Positions 1 through 9,128 of a DNA stretch of 63,010 nt are shown here, piece by piece (positions within the stretch are counted from its first letter, which is position 1; each line of letters begins with the position of its first letter). The notes under the pieces are model-generated. The model was not told the origin of the DNA, made no database searches, and saw nothing but the letters and a program-made list of their open reading frames with translations. Both the position numbers and the translations under genes were made by a program. The stretch is from a virus. Taxonomy: Duplodnaviria > Heunggongvirae > Uroviricota > Caudoviricetes. The stretch spans positions 276,278-339,287 of the IMG/VR virus record IMGVR_UViG_3300028887_000002; one strand, 5' to 3'.

Positions 1-1
1 A

Positions 2-100
2 TACACTTATAATACACCATTATTCACTCCCAGACTTAAGTCATCGGAAAAAATAATAACAGAATTGAAAAAATTGGGTATGACTACGGTTATAGAATAA
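2..100 (+). CDS. C-terminal 32 aa of a probable Cas-lambda (Cas12L-like, type V) effector, 5'-truncated by the window
   Basis: Frame 2 reads YTYNTPLFTPRLKSSEKIITELKKLGMTTVIE*, 68 nt upstream of the array. It resembles the Cas-lambda C-terminus as I recall it (YNxP..aromatic..LK..LKKxG). Confidence 0.65.
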   Translation, partial: YTYNTPLFTPRLKSSEKIITELKKLGMTTVIE

Positions 101-168
101 CCATTACACATTTTTTTCATAACAAACGTTCTTTAACATATTGGAAAATAAGAAAATACGATATTCAT

Positions 169-733
169 ATTGTTGTAGACCTTGTGTTTTAGGGGTCTAA
201 CAACGAAAGGGTAATCTTGTCCGCGATTGTCCGTATTGTTGTAGACCTTGTGTTTTAGGGGTCTAACAACGTTACTGAACCATTCCTTAATACACTTTCA
301 ATTGTTGTAGACCTTGTGTTTTAGGGGTCTAACAACGGTACAATTTCAGTTTGTGGGTCAGGACTTATTGTTGTAGACCTTGTGTTTTAGGGGTCTAACA
401 ACGACATATCTGTAAAGGTTCCGCCTACACTTATTGTTGTAGACCTTGTGTTTTAGGGGTCTAACAACGTATCTTCTACCCTTGAACTATCAAAAGTGAT
501 TGTTGTAGACCTTGTGTTTTAGGGGTCTAACAACCACAGATAGGAAGCATTGCAATCTCAACCGCATTGTTGTAGACCTTGTGTTTTAGGGGTCTAACAA
601 CGATGGTCTTTGTCCTATCATACACCCGAAAATTGTTGTAGACCTTGTGTTTTAGGGGTCTAACAACTTCAGCACTATGGAAGGGTCAAAGTCGTTCATT
701 GTTGTAGGCCTTGTGTTTTAGAGGTCTAACAAC
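169..733 (+). CRISPR. CRISPR array, 9 x 36-bp repeat ATTGTTGTAGACCTTGTGTTTTAGGGGTCTAACAAC, 8 spacers of 30-31 bp
   Basis: Repeats start at 169, 235, 301, 367, 433, 499, 566, 632 and 698. The last has 2 substitutions (degenerate trailer, so leader 101-168 and + orientation). ATTGTTGTA...AACAAC with an internal TAGACC/GGTCTA stem is Cas-lambda-like. Confidence 0.98.
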
Positions 734-841
734 GATAAAAATCCGTCCCACACAAAATTAATGTAATATCTTAGTTTTGTTACATCAACACTATATAATT
801 AAAAAAATAAAAAAATATTTTGTGGATTCAAAAAATCATTA

Positions 842-849
842 TATATTTG
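842..849 (+). promoter_or_regulatory. Bacteroidota sigma-A -7 box TATATTTG
   Basis: Matches TAnnTTTG, ~50 nt upstream of ORF 900. Confidence 0.65.
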
Positions 850-899
850 CGTCCGAAAATTAACACTTATGTCAAACAAATTTAAAATGTAAAAGAACT

Positions 900-2078
900 A
901 TGCAAACAGAAACACAGAATTTCACAGGCGAGTTGAGAGCAATCAACACAACAATGGGTTCAAGCAAGAGCTACAAGACAATCTGCCGTTGCGCACTTGA
1001 CATCCTCAAGGGATATATCGTTACGCACGACATTAGGGACAACTTCTCAGAGGTGGCAAAGCCGTCAGTCATCAAGGGGATGGGCAGATACATGCGTACA
1101 CTCCCGAAGAAGAACGGCAAGCACTATAGTCAGAACACCATTGACGTGTACTGCAAGTACCTTGAGTCGCTGTTCAATCTATACAAGACTACTGCAAACG
1201 GATTGAGAAAGAAGACCAAGTCAGCCTCGCCGCAGGTCAACTTCACACATACGGTTGAGACAATCACACCAGAAACGGCAAAGAAGTACCTCGCCACGAT
1301 GGTGGTCAACAGGAAGAGAAGCCTCAACCATACCAACTTCCTGGCAAGACAGATGCAGGAGGGCAAGTGGAAACTGAACGGCGAGAGCATCAAGTTCAAC
1401 ACCGACGGTCAGTTGTGCGACGGACAGCACCGCCTTGAGGCATGCATATTGGCAAACACCCCGTTCCAGACACTGGTGCTCAGGAACTGCAACCCAGACG
1501 ACTTCACGACCTACGACACAGGCAAGGTCAGAAGCGCCAGCGATGTGATTTCAATCAAGTTCTCGGACGCCAAGAACATAAACGTCATGAGTTCCATTGT
1601 CGGAAAATATCTGAAAATCAAGAACGGCGGCAACAGTTACAGTTCCATCAACGGGTCAAACACCAAGTTCAACATCACCAACGAGAAGGTGCTTGACGAG
1701 ATAACCTCAAGGAAGGAATACTGGGACGGAATAACAAGGTTGCAGGGCAAACTCAATTCACGCACAATCAAGGTTCCGAGTCTTAACGTTGTGATGGCTG
1801 AGATTGCATACCTTGAGGGCAACGGATATGACAGCGAGAAGATGCGCGAGTTCCTGCTCAGGACTACCGACAGCCGTGACACCGAAAATACCACGGTCAA
1901 CACCTTGAGGGACTACATCTACAAGGAGGCTATGAAGAAGACCAACAGGAAACAGGCCAACAGCGACGATGCCGTCAACTGCGCGGTGCTCTATGCTATG
2001 AAGTCCTACCTGAACGGACGTACCGTGAAGACCTTGCAGTTCGACAAGTACATTGAGACGACGCTAAAGACATTCTAG
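900..2078 (+). CDS. ParB/Srx-like (DGQHR motif) phage protein
   Basis: ITPETA..L...NR.....A.QM..G.W..NGE.I.F...G.L.DGQHRL.A motif; visibly more GC-rich than flanks. Confidence 0.75.
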   Translation: MQTETQNFTGELRAINTTMGSSKSYKTICRCALDILKGYIVTHDIRDNFSEVAKPSVIKGMGRYMRTLPKKNGKHYSQNTIDVYCKYLESLFNLYKTTANGLRKKTKSASPQVNFTHTVETITPETAKKYLATMVVNRKRSLNHTNFLARQMQEGKWKLNGESIKFNTDGQLCDGQHRLEACILANTPFQTLVLRNCNPDDFTTYDTGKVRSASDVISIKFSDAKNINVMSSIVGKYLKIKNGGNSYSSINGSNTKFNITNEKVLDEITSRKEYWDGITRLQGKLNSRTIKVPSLNVVMAEIAYLEGNGYDSEKMREFLLRTTDSRDTENTTVNTLRDYIYKEAMKKTNRKQANSDDAVNCAVLYAMKSYLNGRTVKTLQFDKYIETTLKTF

Positions 2079-2104
2079 ACCAACACTCATAAAATTAGCA
2101 GCCG

Positions 2105-2138
2105 ACCGCACATCTGAAATATGGTGTGCGGTTCTTTT
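2105..2138 (+). terminator. Intrinsic terminator
   Basis: ACCGCACA/TGTGCGGT stem followed by TCTTTT. Confidence 0.75.
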
Positions 2139-2163
2139 GGAAAAAGAAATAATCGATTAGTTT

Positions 2164-2616
2164 ATGAATGAACAAATTTTGAAGCAAAAGATATTGCAAT
2201 TGGTAGGTGACCTAAATAGTGATTCCAAGGCCGAATCATCAAAAGTAGAAAAGGAAATTATAAGGATTTGTGAACCAATCATAAAGGAACACTGGTATAT
2301 TGCCGACAAATATAAAGTCCTTTCAAAGATGGGATGGGATGACATCTATATGCCCAAAAGAGGTGAAATTGTTGGTGTTTCATACGGAATAGCCGACCAC
2401 ATTAATTTCGTATATCATGATGTCTGTATGTCCGAACTATTCGAGTGTACAGTGAAAATGCCAATCCATTGGCTGGACAACGACTCGTTGGAAAGATATG
2501 AGAAAGTGTGTAAGGGCAAAAGAATTTCTGCACTTGAAGGAATGGTGGAATATCACAAAAATGAACTTGAATGGATTGAAAAGGAGTTGAAGGAATTAAC
2601 AGAAAATGGCGACTGA
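2164..2616 (+). CDS. Hypothetical phage protein
   Basis: 150-aa ORF, co-oriented, overlaps next gene. Confidence 0.8.
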   Translation: MNEQILKQKILQLVGDLNSDSKAESSKVEKEIIRICEPIIKEHWYIADKYKVLSKMGWDDIYMPKRGEIVGVSYGIADHINFVYHDVCMSELFECTVKMPIHWLDNDSLERYEKVCKGKRISALEGMVEYHKNELEWIEKELKELTENGD

Positions 2617-3007
2617 TATGGAAGAATCGAAACAAAAATTCACAGTGGTGGAAGACAAGACCCTCGGCGAGGGTGCCTGGGACAAACGCTATATTGTGGT
2701 AGACACCGAAACAGGTGAGGTACTTGACAATGCACAGGGCTATGGATACAAGTCCATCCAAAATGCATACAAGGCATATGGTTATAAGTCGAAGCACAAG
2801 AATCCGAAGCAACATTCAAAAATGATGAAGAAGAAAGTGCTTGCATTTATTAAGAATAATAACAAGGTGTTTGACGAACTAAGTGATATAGCGTTTTATG
2901 CCGCGAAGGATGGGGAAGAATTAACCGAGACACAGATAAAGGACTTCCTCAAGGAGCACAACGTTGAACTTCCGTTCACATACAAGGAGTTAAGAAGATA
3001 CTGGTAG
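2606..3007 (+). CDS. Hypothetical phage protein
   Basis: 133-aa ORF in operon. Confidence 0.8.
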   Translation: MATDMEESKQKFTVVEDKTLGEGAWDKRYIVVDTETGEVLDNAQGYGYKSIQNAYKAYGYKSKHKNPKQHSKMMKKKVLAFIKNNNKVFDELSDIAFYAAKDGEELTETQIKDFLKEHNVELPFTYKELRRYW

Positions 3008-3038
3008 AAAAAAAAAATAAACTTAACAATTATATAAT

Positions 3039-3632
3039 ATGGATACAAAAAATAACAATTTAAAGATAGTCAAGTACCTAAAGGCAGTTCATCACTTTCT
3101 ATGTGATGCAAACAAACTGTTCAACCAGAATGCTGCGTTCTATATGGCGATAGAGGAATGCATTGAAGCCCTATTTCAAAACACCATATATTTCACAATA
3201 TGTTCTGAATACTATGACTTCAATTGTAGGGAACACGATGTTAACTTGAAATATATTCAAGGTCGGTGTGAAGGCATACTTAATTTTTCACGGCATTACC
3301 GTAAAATGTCTGACAACCAGTGTGTATATTTTGTTTTTCACAATTTAGAAAATATGCTCAATGAGGTTATAAACCTAATCAATGACGTACTACCAACCGA
3401 AAAACCAAAAAGTGTAGGTTTAGTTGTAGGCTGTGACAAGAAGACCAACGACATACTCGAACCAGCAGATGTACTTGAGTTTCTTACCCAAAAAGTGCCA
3501 CTTGCGCCGATTGTAGATGACTTGAAAAACGTAGAACTGCCACGAGAAACACTTACATCACGCATAGCAAGGCTTTGGATTGAACAACTGGCGGATGCAA
3601 CAGACCTCAAGTGCATAAAGCAAGAATTCTAA
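3039..3632 (+). CDS. Hypothetical phage protein
   Basis: 197-aa ORF. Confidence 0.8.
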   Translation: MDTKNNNLKIVKYLKAVHHFLCDANKLFNQNAAFYMAIEECIEALFQNTIYFTICSEYYDFNCREHDVNLKYIQGRCEGILNFSRHYRKMSDNQCVYFVFHNLENMLNEVINLINDVLPTEKPKSVGLVVGCDKKTNDILEPADVLEFLTQKVPLAPIVDDLKNVELPRETLTSRIARLWIEQLADATDLKCIKQEF

Positions 3633-3723
3633 TTATAACCAATGGGTGGAAGAAATAACAAAAAATGTTTGGTAATATTAAAAAGAAGATTTATTATTGC
3701 AGATAATAAAAATTATTAAAAAT

Positions 3724-4536
3724 ATGAAACCAAAGAAAGAAAACAACAAGGCAAAGGAAAATACAACAATAACGCCGAGCCAGTACTTTGACTACCTCAA
3801 GGGTGCAAAGAAAACAATTACAACCGAAGCATTGAAGGAATCATATGATGTGTTCCTTGCGCTTGCTGAAAAGTATAACAAACTTGGACAGAAGGAATCG
3901 CTTAAGAAACTCACCTTCCTCGCCGACACGCTTATCAAGGAGGAGAAACTGATTGAACTGGGCATCACAACCTACATCTACAAGGATGTGATTGAGGACT
4001 ATATAGAGAATGTCGCAGACAAGACGGTCAAGATTATCGAACTATCACGATATATGCGTGAGATTCCAGATGAACTGGTTGAAACCATTGAAAAGTCAAG
4101 GGAACTGTTTGATGAACTTTATGTCATCTTCACCGACTACACAGGCAAGGAGGAACGAAAGGTTGAAAAGGAAAAGAGAGACAAAGACCCGATACTTTTC
4201 GGAGTTTTCAAGAATAACACGAGTGTGGCTGACAGGTTCTATTTCCTCGGTGATTGGGTGGATGAATATTGCGACCTTACGCTTGACAAGATGGTTGAAC
4301 AGTACAAGGCAAAGAAGGAAGTATCCCCGACACACACGGTTGAATTACCCCAAAACAGTGAGGAACTGGTTGCAATACTGAAAACATATCAAATTGATGA
4401 CAAGGACGAAACAAGAATAATTATGTCAAATAATGAAGGCACCGAGAGTTTTGAACTACCAACCTTTAAAGTATCCAATAAAACAAAGGTAATTAAAGGT
4501 TTCTTCAACAAGATACGTAGCATATTCAAGAAATAA
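3724..4536 (+). CDS. Conserved-looking hypothetical phage protein (DPILFG...YFLGDWVDEYCDLTLD)
   Basis: ATG at 3724 preferred to the upstream TTG; 270 aa. Confidence 0.8.
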   Translation: MKPKKENNKAKENTTITPSQYFDYLKGAKKTITTEALKESYDVFLALAEKYNKLGQKESLKKLTFLADTLIKEEKLIELGITTYIYKDVIEDYIENVADKTVKIIELSRYMREIPDELVETIEKSRELFDELYVIFTDYTGKEERKVEKEKRDKDPILFGVFKNNTSVADRFYFLGDWVDEYCDLTLDKMVEQYKAKKEVSPTHTVELPQNSEELVAILKTYQIDDKDETRIIMSNNEGTESFELPTFKVSNKTKVIKGFFNKIRSIFKK

Positions 4537-4994
4537 TGATTTCAGACAAGATAGACCTTACGGAATACGGGGATTTTGGAAATGGGAATCCTTTCGGTGC
4601 AGTTGATGGTTTTGACACATCAGATATCCAGCGTTATGCAGAATCCGTGAATATGTCTCTCACGGAGTATAGACAGATTGAAGGATGGAAGAAAATCTTT
4701 GGAAAGAGTTGGCATGATAATGAAAAATATATAATATTTGATGATGTCTACACCCAAAGGCTTCAAGATGAATACGGGCATATCTGCCAATGCTGCGGTT
4801 CTGAAATAAGAAGACCTTGGGCATCTCACTACGGATTGTGTGAGAAATGCAATTCGGAAATTGAAAACAGTGAATATGAAAACTTCAACAACTCACGAAT
4901 GACTAAGGTGGGTGCGTCCAGTAAGTCTATTCCGTGGCGAAGGACGAGGTTAATCCCTGACTTAGCCCGTAGCGGATTGTTTGATTTGAAATAA
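4536..4994 (+). CDS. Hypothetical protein with CxxC...CxxC zinc ribbon
   Basis: CQCCG...CEKC; stop/start overlap with previous gene. Confidence 0.75.
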   Translation: MISDKIDLTEYGDFGNGNPFGAVDGFDTSDIQRYAESVNMSLTEYRQIEGWKKIFGKSWHDNEKYIIFDDVYTQRLQDEYGHICQCCGSEIRRPWASHYGLCEKCNSEIENSEYENFNNSRMTKVGASSKSIPWRRTRLIPDLARSGLFDLK

Positions 4995-5165
4995 AATGTA
5001 AGTAATTAACTTAAAAAATATATCATGAAAAAAGAAAAAAAGGAGAAATAACTGATTATGTATAATAATTATTCATAAAAAATTTTTAAAAATATTGTAA
5101 TTTTTTTTGAAAAAGAAAATGAAAAAAACTTGTAATTTTTGAAAAGTTACACTATTTATTAATAA

Positions 5166-5274
5166 GACGAATGAAGCAGCAAGACATTCGGAAAGATATT
5201 AAACATAAAACCAACGGAGGTAGTCCCTATCGGCTCTTGCTGCCCTTTGTCGAATGGATTTTACCTCCTTTTTT
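5166..5274 (+). ncRNA. Structured leader RNA upstream of large tnpB
   Basis: Complementary pairs 5176-5184/5235-5243 (9 bp), 5185-5190 with 5168-5173 or 5251-5256 (6 bp), 5216-5222/5262-5268 (7 bp) followed by T6. Confidence 0.5.
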
Positions 5275-5281
5275 ATGTAGC

Positions 5282-6925
5282 ATGGAGATAGCAAGCAAAT
5301 ACACAAAGGTCTTCGTAAGCGATGACTTGACCCGCCAGAAGTATGACGAGTTGGTCGGATTTGCCGTTATGCTGCGCGGCCACAAGAACATTGTCTCCGA
5401 ATATGTAAATTCTAATCTTGAACACTACCTTGAATATTCAAAACTTGAATTTTTGAAGGAAATGCGTGCAAGGTACAAGGACGCTGTTCCGAGTTCGTTT
5501 GACGTTCAGTTATATACCCAAGTGTTTAACTGTTATCAGAACAAGTTTGAAGCAATCCGCAAGCATCTTGAATTTGAAATAGTGAGGTTCAATGGATTTG
5601 AATTTTACAAGCGTGACACCAAGAAGAACAAGAGTGGCAACTTGAAGAAGGTCGTGACAGAGAAAAGCAAAACCCCTCTGTCAATCTGCTTGACCTACCT
5701 TGCAAGATATGGAAACGATAACACTCTTGGCTATATCAGCAAACAATTAGAATTGTGTGACGATAAGAAACGCAAGTTCTACGAGAATATCATTCGTTGC
5801 TGTGACAAGTTCGGGTTTGACAGACTTATGGAACTCGCTTTACGGAAACGAAACAGAATCATTAAGCGTTATTCCGAGCATCCGATTGTGTTCAAGTCAT
5901 TGTCATTTGGTGGTAGATGTAGGAAGACGAGAATCATTGACTACAATAAATGCTTCGGTTCGGTAATCAACTCCTTTGTCAGTCTGTCTGGAATCGGCAG
6001 GAAGTCGTTTGACATCCCCGTGAAGTTTAACAAGGATTGGCACGGAAGTATGAAGGACTATGTGAAGAAAACTAATGACTACGAATATGTCCTTACATTC
6101 AATGAAAAGTACCGTCAAGTGAGCATCAACTTGTGCAAGGACGGAGAGAGATACATACCAGAGGCAGGTGACAACATAGTCGGGATTGACGTGAACTGCA
6201 AGCATAACCTGTTCAGTCTGTCAAACAAAACAACATACGATTACAACAGAAAGTTAGTCAATGACTTCTGCAAACTTTCGTTGGAGGTTGATGAACTGAA
6301 GAAAGACAAGAACTATACCATCGGCAAGCGCAAGCAATGGAAACTTGACACGTTGAAGATGAAGATGGTTAAATCCGAACAGCAACTCATTTCAAGAATG
6401 TGCAAGTCGTTGATGTTTGATGGTGTAAACCACATTGTTATGGAAGACCTTGACAACGGATTCGGAAAATGCTACGTCAAGGACAAGGACAACGAGGACA
6501 TAAACTATAACAGAAAGGTCAAGTTTCTTGGATTAAGTTCATTGAAGGATGAGGTTGAACACATTGCAAGGAAGTACGGTATCACATTGTCAACCGTGCA
6601 GGCGAGTTACACAAGCAAGATGTGTCCGATTTGCGGTTGCATTGCAGACGAAAACAGACCAAACCAAGAGACCTTTGAGTGTGTTGAGTGCGGACATACT
6701 GACAATGCCGACCACAACGCATCCAAGAACATAAAGAACAGAGTGACCGTAACCGTGTTACGTGATTCGCTCTTAAAACAACTTGGCAACGGTGCTTACG
6801 AACCGAGAAAACTGAAAAGGGAGAAGGTGAAGGAAGTGCTGTTGTCGTTCCGAAGGAGTTTGATGGTAACATCAAAAAGTGAATGTAGTGAAATTATTAA
6901 CTTGAATACTTTTGACTATGTTTAG
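5282..6925 (+). CDS. tnpB: Large TnpB-like RNA-guided nuclease (547 aa from ATG 5282)
   Basis: RuvC-I VGIDVN, RuvC-II IVMEDL, CPICG..CVECG zinc finger, RuvC-III NADHNASKNI; all catalytic D/E/D present. Confidence 0.9.
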   Translation: MEIASKYTKVFVSDDLTRQKYDELVGFAVMLRGHKNIVSEYVNSNLEHYLEYSKLEFLKEMRARYKDAVPSSFDVQLYTQVFNCYQNKFEAIRKHLEFEIVRFNGFEFYKRDTKKNKSGNLKKVVTEKSKTPLSICLTYLARYGNDNTLGYISKQLELCDDKKRKFYENIIRCCDKFGFDRLMELALRKRNRIIKRYSEHPIVFKSLSFGGRCRKTRIIDYNKCFGSVINSFVSLSGIGRKSFDIPVKFNKDWHGSMKDYVKKTNDYEYVLTFNEKYRQVSINLCKDGERYIPEAGDNIVGIDVNCKHNLFSLSNKTTYDYNRKLVNDFCKLSLEVDELKKDKNYTIGKRKQWKLDTLKMKMVKSEQQLISRMCKSLMFDGVNHIVMEDLDNGFGKCYVKDKDNEDINYNRKVKFLGLSSLKDEVEHIARKYGITLSTVQASYTSKMCPICGCIADENRPNQETFECVECGHTDNADHNASKNIKNRVTVTVLRDSLLKQLGNGAYEPRKLKREKVKEVLLSFRRSLMVTSKSECSEIINLNTFDYV

Positions 6926-6939
6926 TTCTTCGGAAGAAC
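6848..6939 (+). ncRNA. Putative omega-RNA scaffold overlapping the tnpB 3' end
   Basis: TTCCGAAG (6848-6855)/CTTCGGAA (6928-6935) closing stem; internal TTTGATG-GTAA-CATCAAA GNRA hairpin. Confidence 0.5.
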
Positions 6940-7646
6940 ATCCATTCCCCAATAGCCCTACAAGATATAACCGAACAAAGTTTGAGACGCTTGCGGACAA
7001 GGATATGCTGACGGAAGGGTTGATAAGAACCTATCCGATGGAGTGGGTCGAAAAATATCTATCAAACCGTATAACATCCGACTTTGTCAATGGAGGTGTT
7101 GATTATGACAAGATGCAATTCTGGTTCATCCTGAAACAAGGTTCAAAGTCAATAGAACCATTGAAGAAGAAGATGGAAACATTCGGCTACTTCTGTTCAG
7201 TTGAAGATAATGTCAGCGAAGGCGTATATCTCCAGTTTGAACCGAAGTTTGATATCTATCGCAAGGGAAGTGAGTTCAGTTCAAGGAACAACGGCATCGT
7301 GTTCTATCACGTAGCACCTATAAGGTTCAAGAAAAAGATTCTGAATGTCGGATTGGTTCCGAAGGCAAAGAATAAGTACTTGAAATATCCCGACAGGATA
7401 TACCTGATGCTGTCTTCAGAGGGAAAGGACAATGCCTACGATATGGCGGATATGTTGTATACACAGGATGAAAACACCTTGAACCAGGGCAAGTATTCAT
7501 TGTTCGGAGTGACTGTTGATGGGTTGGATGAAGTTAAATTCTATCCCGACAGGAATACACCCCATGTGCTTTCATATTTCACATACGAAAACATTCCAAG
7601 CAAAAACATAACATTCATTGAAGATTTTGATGCTTATAAATTTTAA
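6912..7646 (+). CDS. Putative ADP-ribosyltransferase/Tpt1-KptA-like fold protein; true start uncertain
   Basis: FYHVAP....KKILNVGLVP...DRIYL resembles the YH-x-T...I...GL-x-P motif of ART/KptA-like proteins. Confidence 0.5.
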   Translation: MTMFSSSEEHPFPNSPTRYNRTKFETLADKDMLTEGLIRTYPMEWVEKYLSNRITSDFVNGGVDYDKMQFWFILKQGSKSIEPLKKKMETFGYFCSVEDNVSEGVYLQFEPKFDIYRKGSEFSSRNNGIVFYHVAPIRFKKKILNVGLVPKAKNKYLKYPDRIYLMLSSEGKDNAYDMADMLYTQDENTLNQGKYSLFGVTVDGLDEVKFYPDRNTPHVLSYFTYENIPSKNITFIEDFDAYKF

Positions 7647-7652
7647 GATATT

Positions 7653-8156
7653 ATGGCCAAACAAGATAAAAGAAAGACAAAGGAAGAACTTGACAAGAAA
7701 CTGGAAGAGTTGAGAAGTTGTTTCGGAGCACTTACAGTCAAGCCGACTCTCGGAGACCTTATGGCGTTCTTCAAGGAGAGTTTCAACAGGGACATCGTGA
7801 AGGTTGGAGACAGGCTGATATTCGATTTCACACAGTTGTTCTTTATGGCTGGCAACAAATGTGAACTATATAAACGTTTCAAAGGAGAACCAATCCAGTC
7901 AATAACAGTGACATATATCAGGTGTTCAGTCATTTTTTACACCTACGACAGCGAGAAGGATGGCAAGGAGGAATATATGGACTACAACAGCAACTGGAAC
8001 AAATATCTGTTCCTTACAATCGTTAGACAATCCGAACTATTCAAGAACAAGATGTTCCTTAAGGAGAAGGACTTTGATGAGTGGTACTTGCAGACGAACT
8101 TCCTTGAAATCAATGATGAACATTGCAAATATATAAGGGACTTGAACTATGAGTGA
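7653..8156 (+). CDS. Hypothetical protein
   Basis: 167-aa ORF. Confidence 0.8.
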   Translation: MAKQDKRKTKEELDKKLEELRSCFGALTVKPTLGDLMAFFKESFNRDIVKVGDRLIFDFTQLFFMAGNKCELYKRFKGEPIQSITVTYIRCSVIFYTYDSEKDGKEEYMDYNSNWNKYLFLTIVRQSELFKNKMFLKEKDFDEWYLQTNFLEINDEHCKYIRDLNYE

Positions 8157-8255
8157 TTTTATGCGTATTTTTAGGAAACGAAAAAAATAAAGAAAAAACT
8201 TGCATAGTTCAAAAATAGTGTTTACCTTTGTCCCATCAAACTAAAAAGAAAGGAA

Positions 8256-8675
8256 TTGATTATGATTACTGAAGACAGAGTGACATTTGAAATTGCAAAA
8301 CTCTTAGAAGAAAAGGGCTTCAAAGGTGAATTCAAAGGCTATTATGATTGTAATGGCTTTTATTTTGATACGCCCAATATAGTTCTAAAGGAATCTGGTT
8401 ACGCTTATTATCCCATACCATCCTTGTCGGTCGTATTGAAATGGCTCAGGGAAGTGCATAATATCTATATAGCAGTTAATATTACTTATAGTGAAGAACC
8501 TAAATTATTTCCTCCAGAGTATTATGTGTATATAAACAATACATTAACAGGAGAATCTCTTATAAAAGAGGTATGTTCACTTGTACAAGATAAGACATTA
8601 ACTCCAAAAGGATTTAAGCGCAGTGAAACTGCTTGTGAAGCAGCAATTAAATATGCACTTGAAAATTTAATTTAA
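8256..8675 (+). CDS. Bacteroidota-phage paralog family A (EDxVxFEIAKLL.EKGF...LKWLRE.H)
   Basis: Motifs shared with 9129, 10374 and 12037. Confidence 0.8.
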   Translation: MIMITEDRVTFEIAKLLEEKGFKGEFKGYYDCNGFYFDTPNIVLKESGYAYYPIPSLSVVLKWLREVHNIYIAVNITYSEEPKLFPPEYYVYINNTLTGESLIKEVCSLVQDKTLTPKGFKRSETACEAAIKYALENLI

Positions 8676-8683
8676 TAACCGCT

Positions 8684-9124
8684 ATGACTAAGACAAAGAA
8701 TAAAAATAGTAGAAAACACCGTAGAAGTGGTAAAAACCTTTTTTGGCTTGTTAGAAGTATAAGGACAAATGAATTAATACTTTATTCAAGGAAGCCGTAT
8801 CTTATGCAATTGCCCAAAGGAAATTTTTATTGGTTCAGTGTTTATTCCGAATGTTACCCAAGTATTAAGGTGGCGGAAAGAATGGAAATTGACAACAAAA
8901 CTCCGATTATGGTGAGATTGGAAATATGTAATCATGAGCCTGACATGTACATTCAGCGATATAAAGATTGTCTTTTCATCAATAGTCATACTCAGACATA
9001 CTACATTGGCTGCAAAGAAAAAGTGACCGAAGTCCCGCATGTTTTCAGGATTTCCAATAAACTTTTCCCCGATGTCACAGAAAAAAGCGGAATTGTTGGG
9101 ATTAAAATAATATCTTTAAAATAA
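8684..9124 (+). CDS. Hypothetical protein
   Basis: 146-aa ORF. Confidence 0.75.
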   Translation: MTKTKNKNSRKHRRSGKNLFWLVRSIRTNELILYSRKPYLMQLPKGNFYWFSVYSECYPSIKVAERMEIDNKTPIMVRLEICNHEPDMYIQRYKDCLFINSHTQTYYIGCKEKVTEVPHVFRISNKLFPDVTEKSGIVGIKIISLK

Positions 9125-9128
9125 CATA

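Noticed and set aside
205-697. Self-targeting spacers
   Set aside because: No spacer match noticed by eye in the window (not an exhaustive search)
5176-5268. HDV/theta-like ribozyme reading of the tnpB leader
   Set aside because: Helix order is similar but there is no GG for P1.1, no P4, and no catalytic C positioned before P2'
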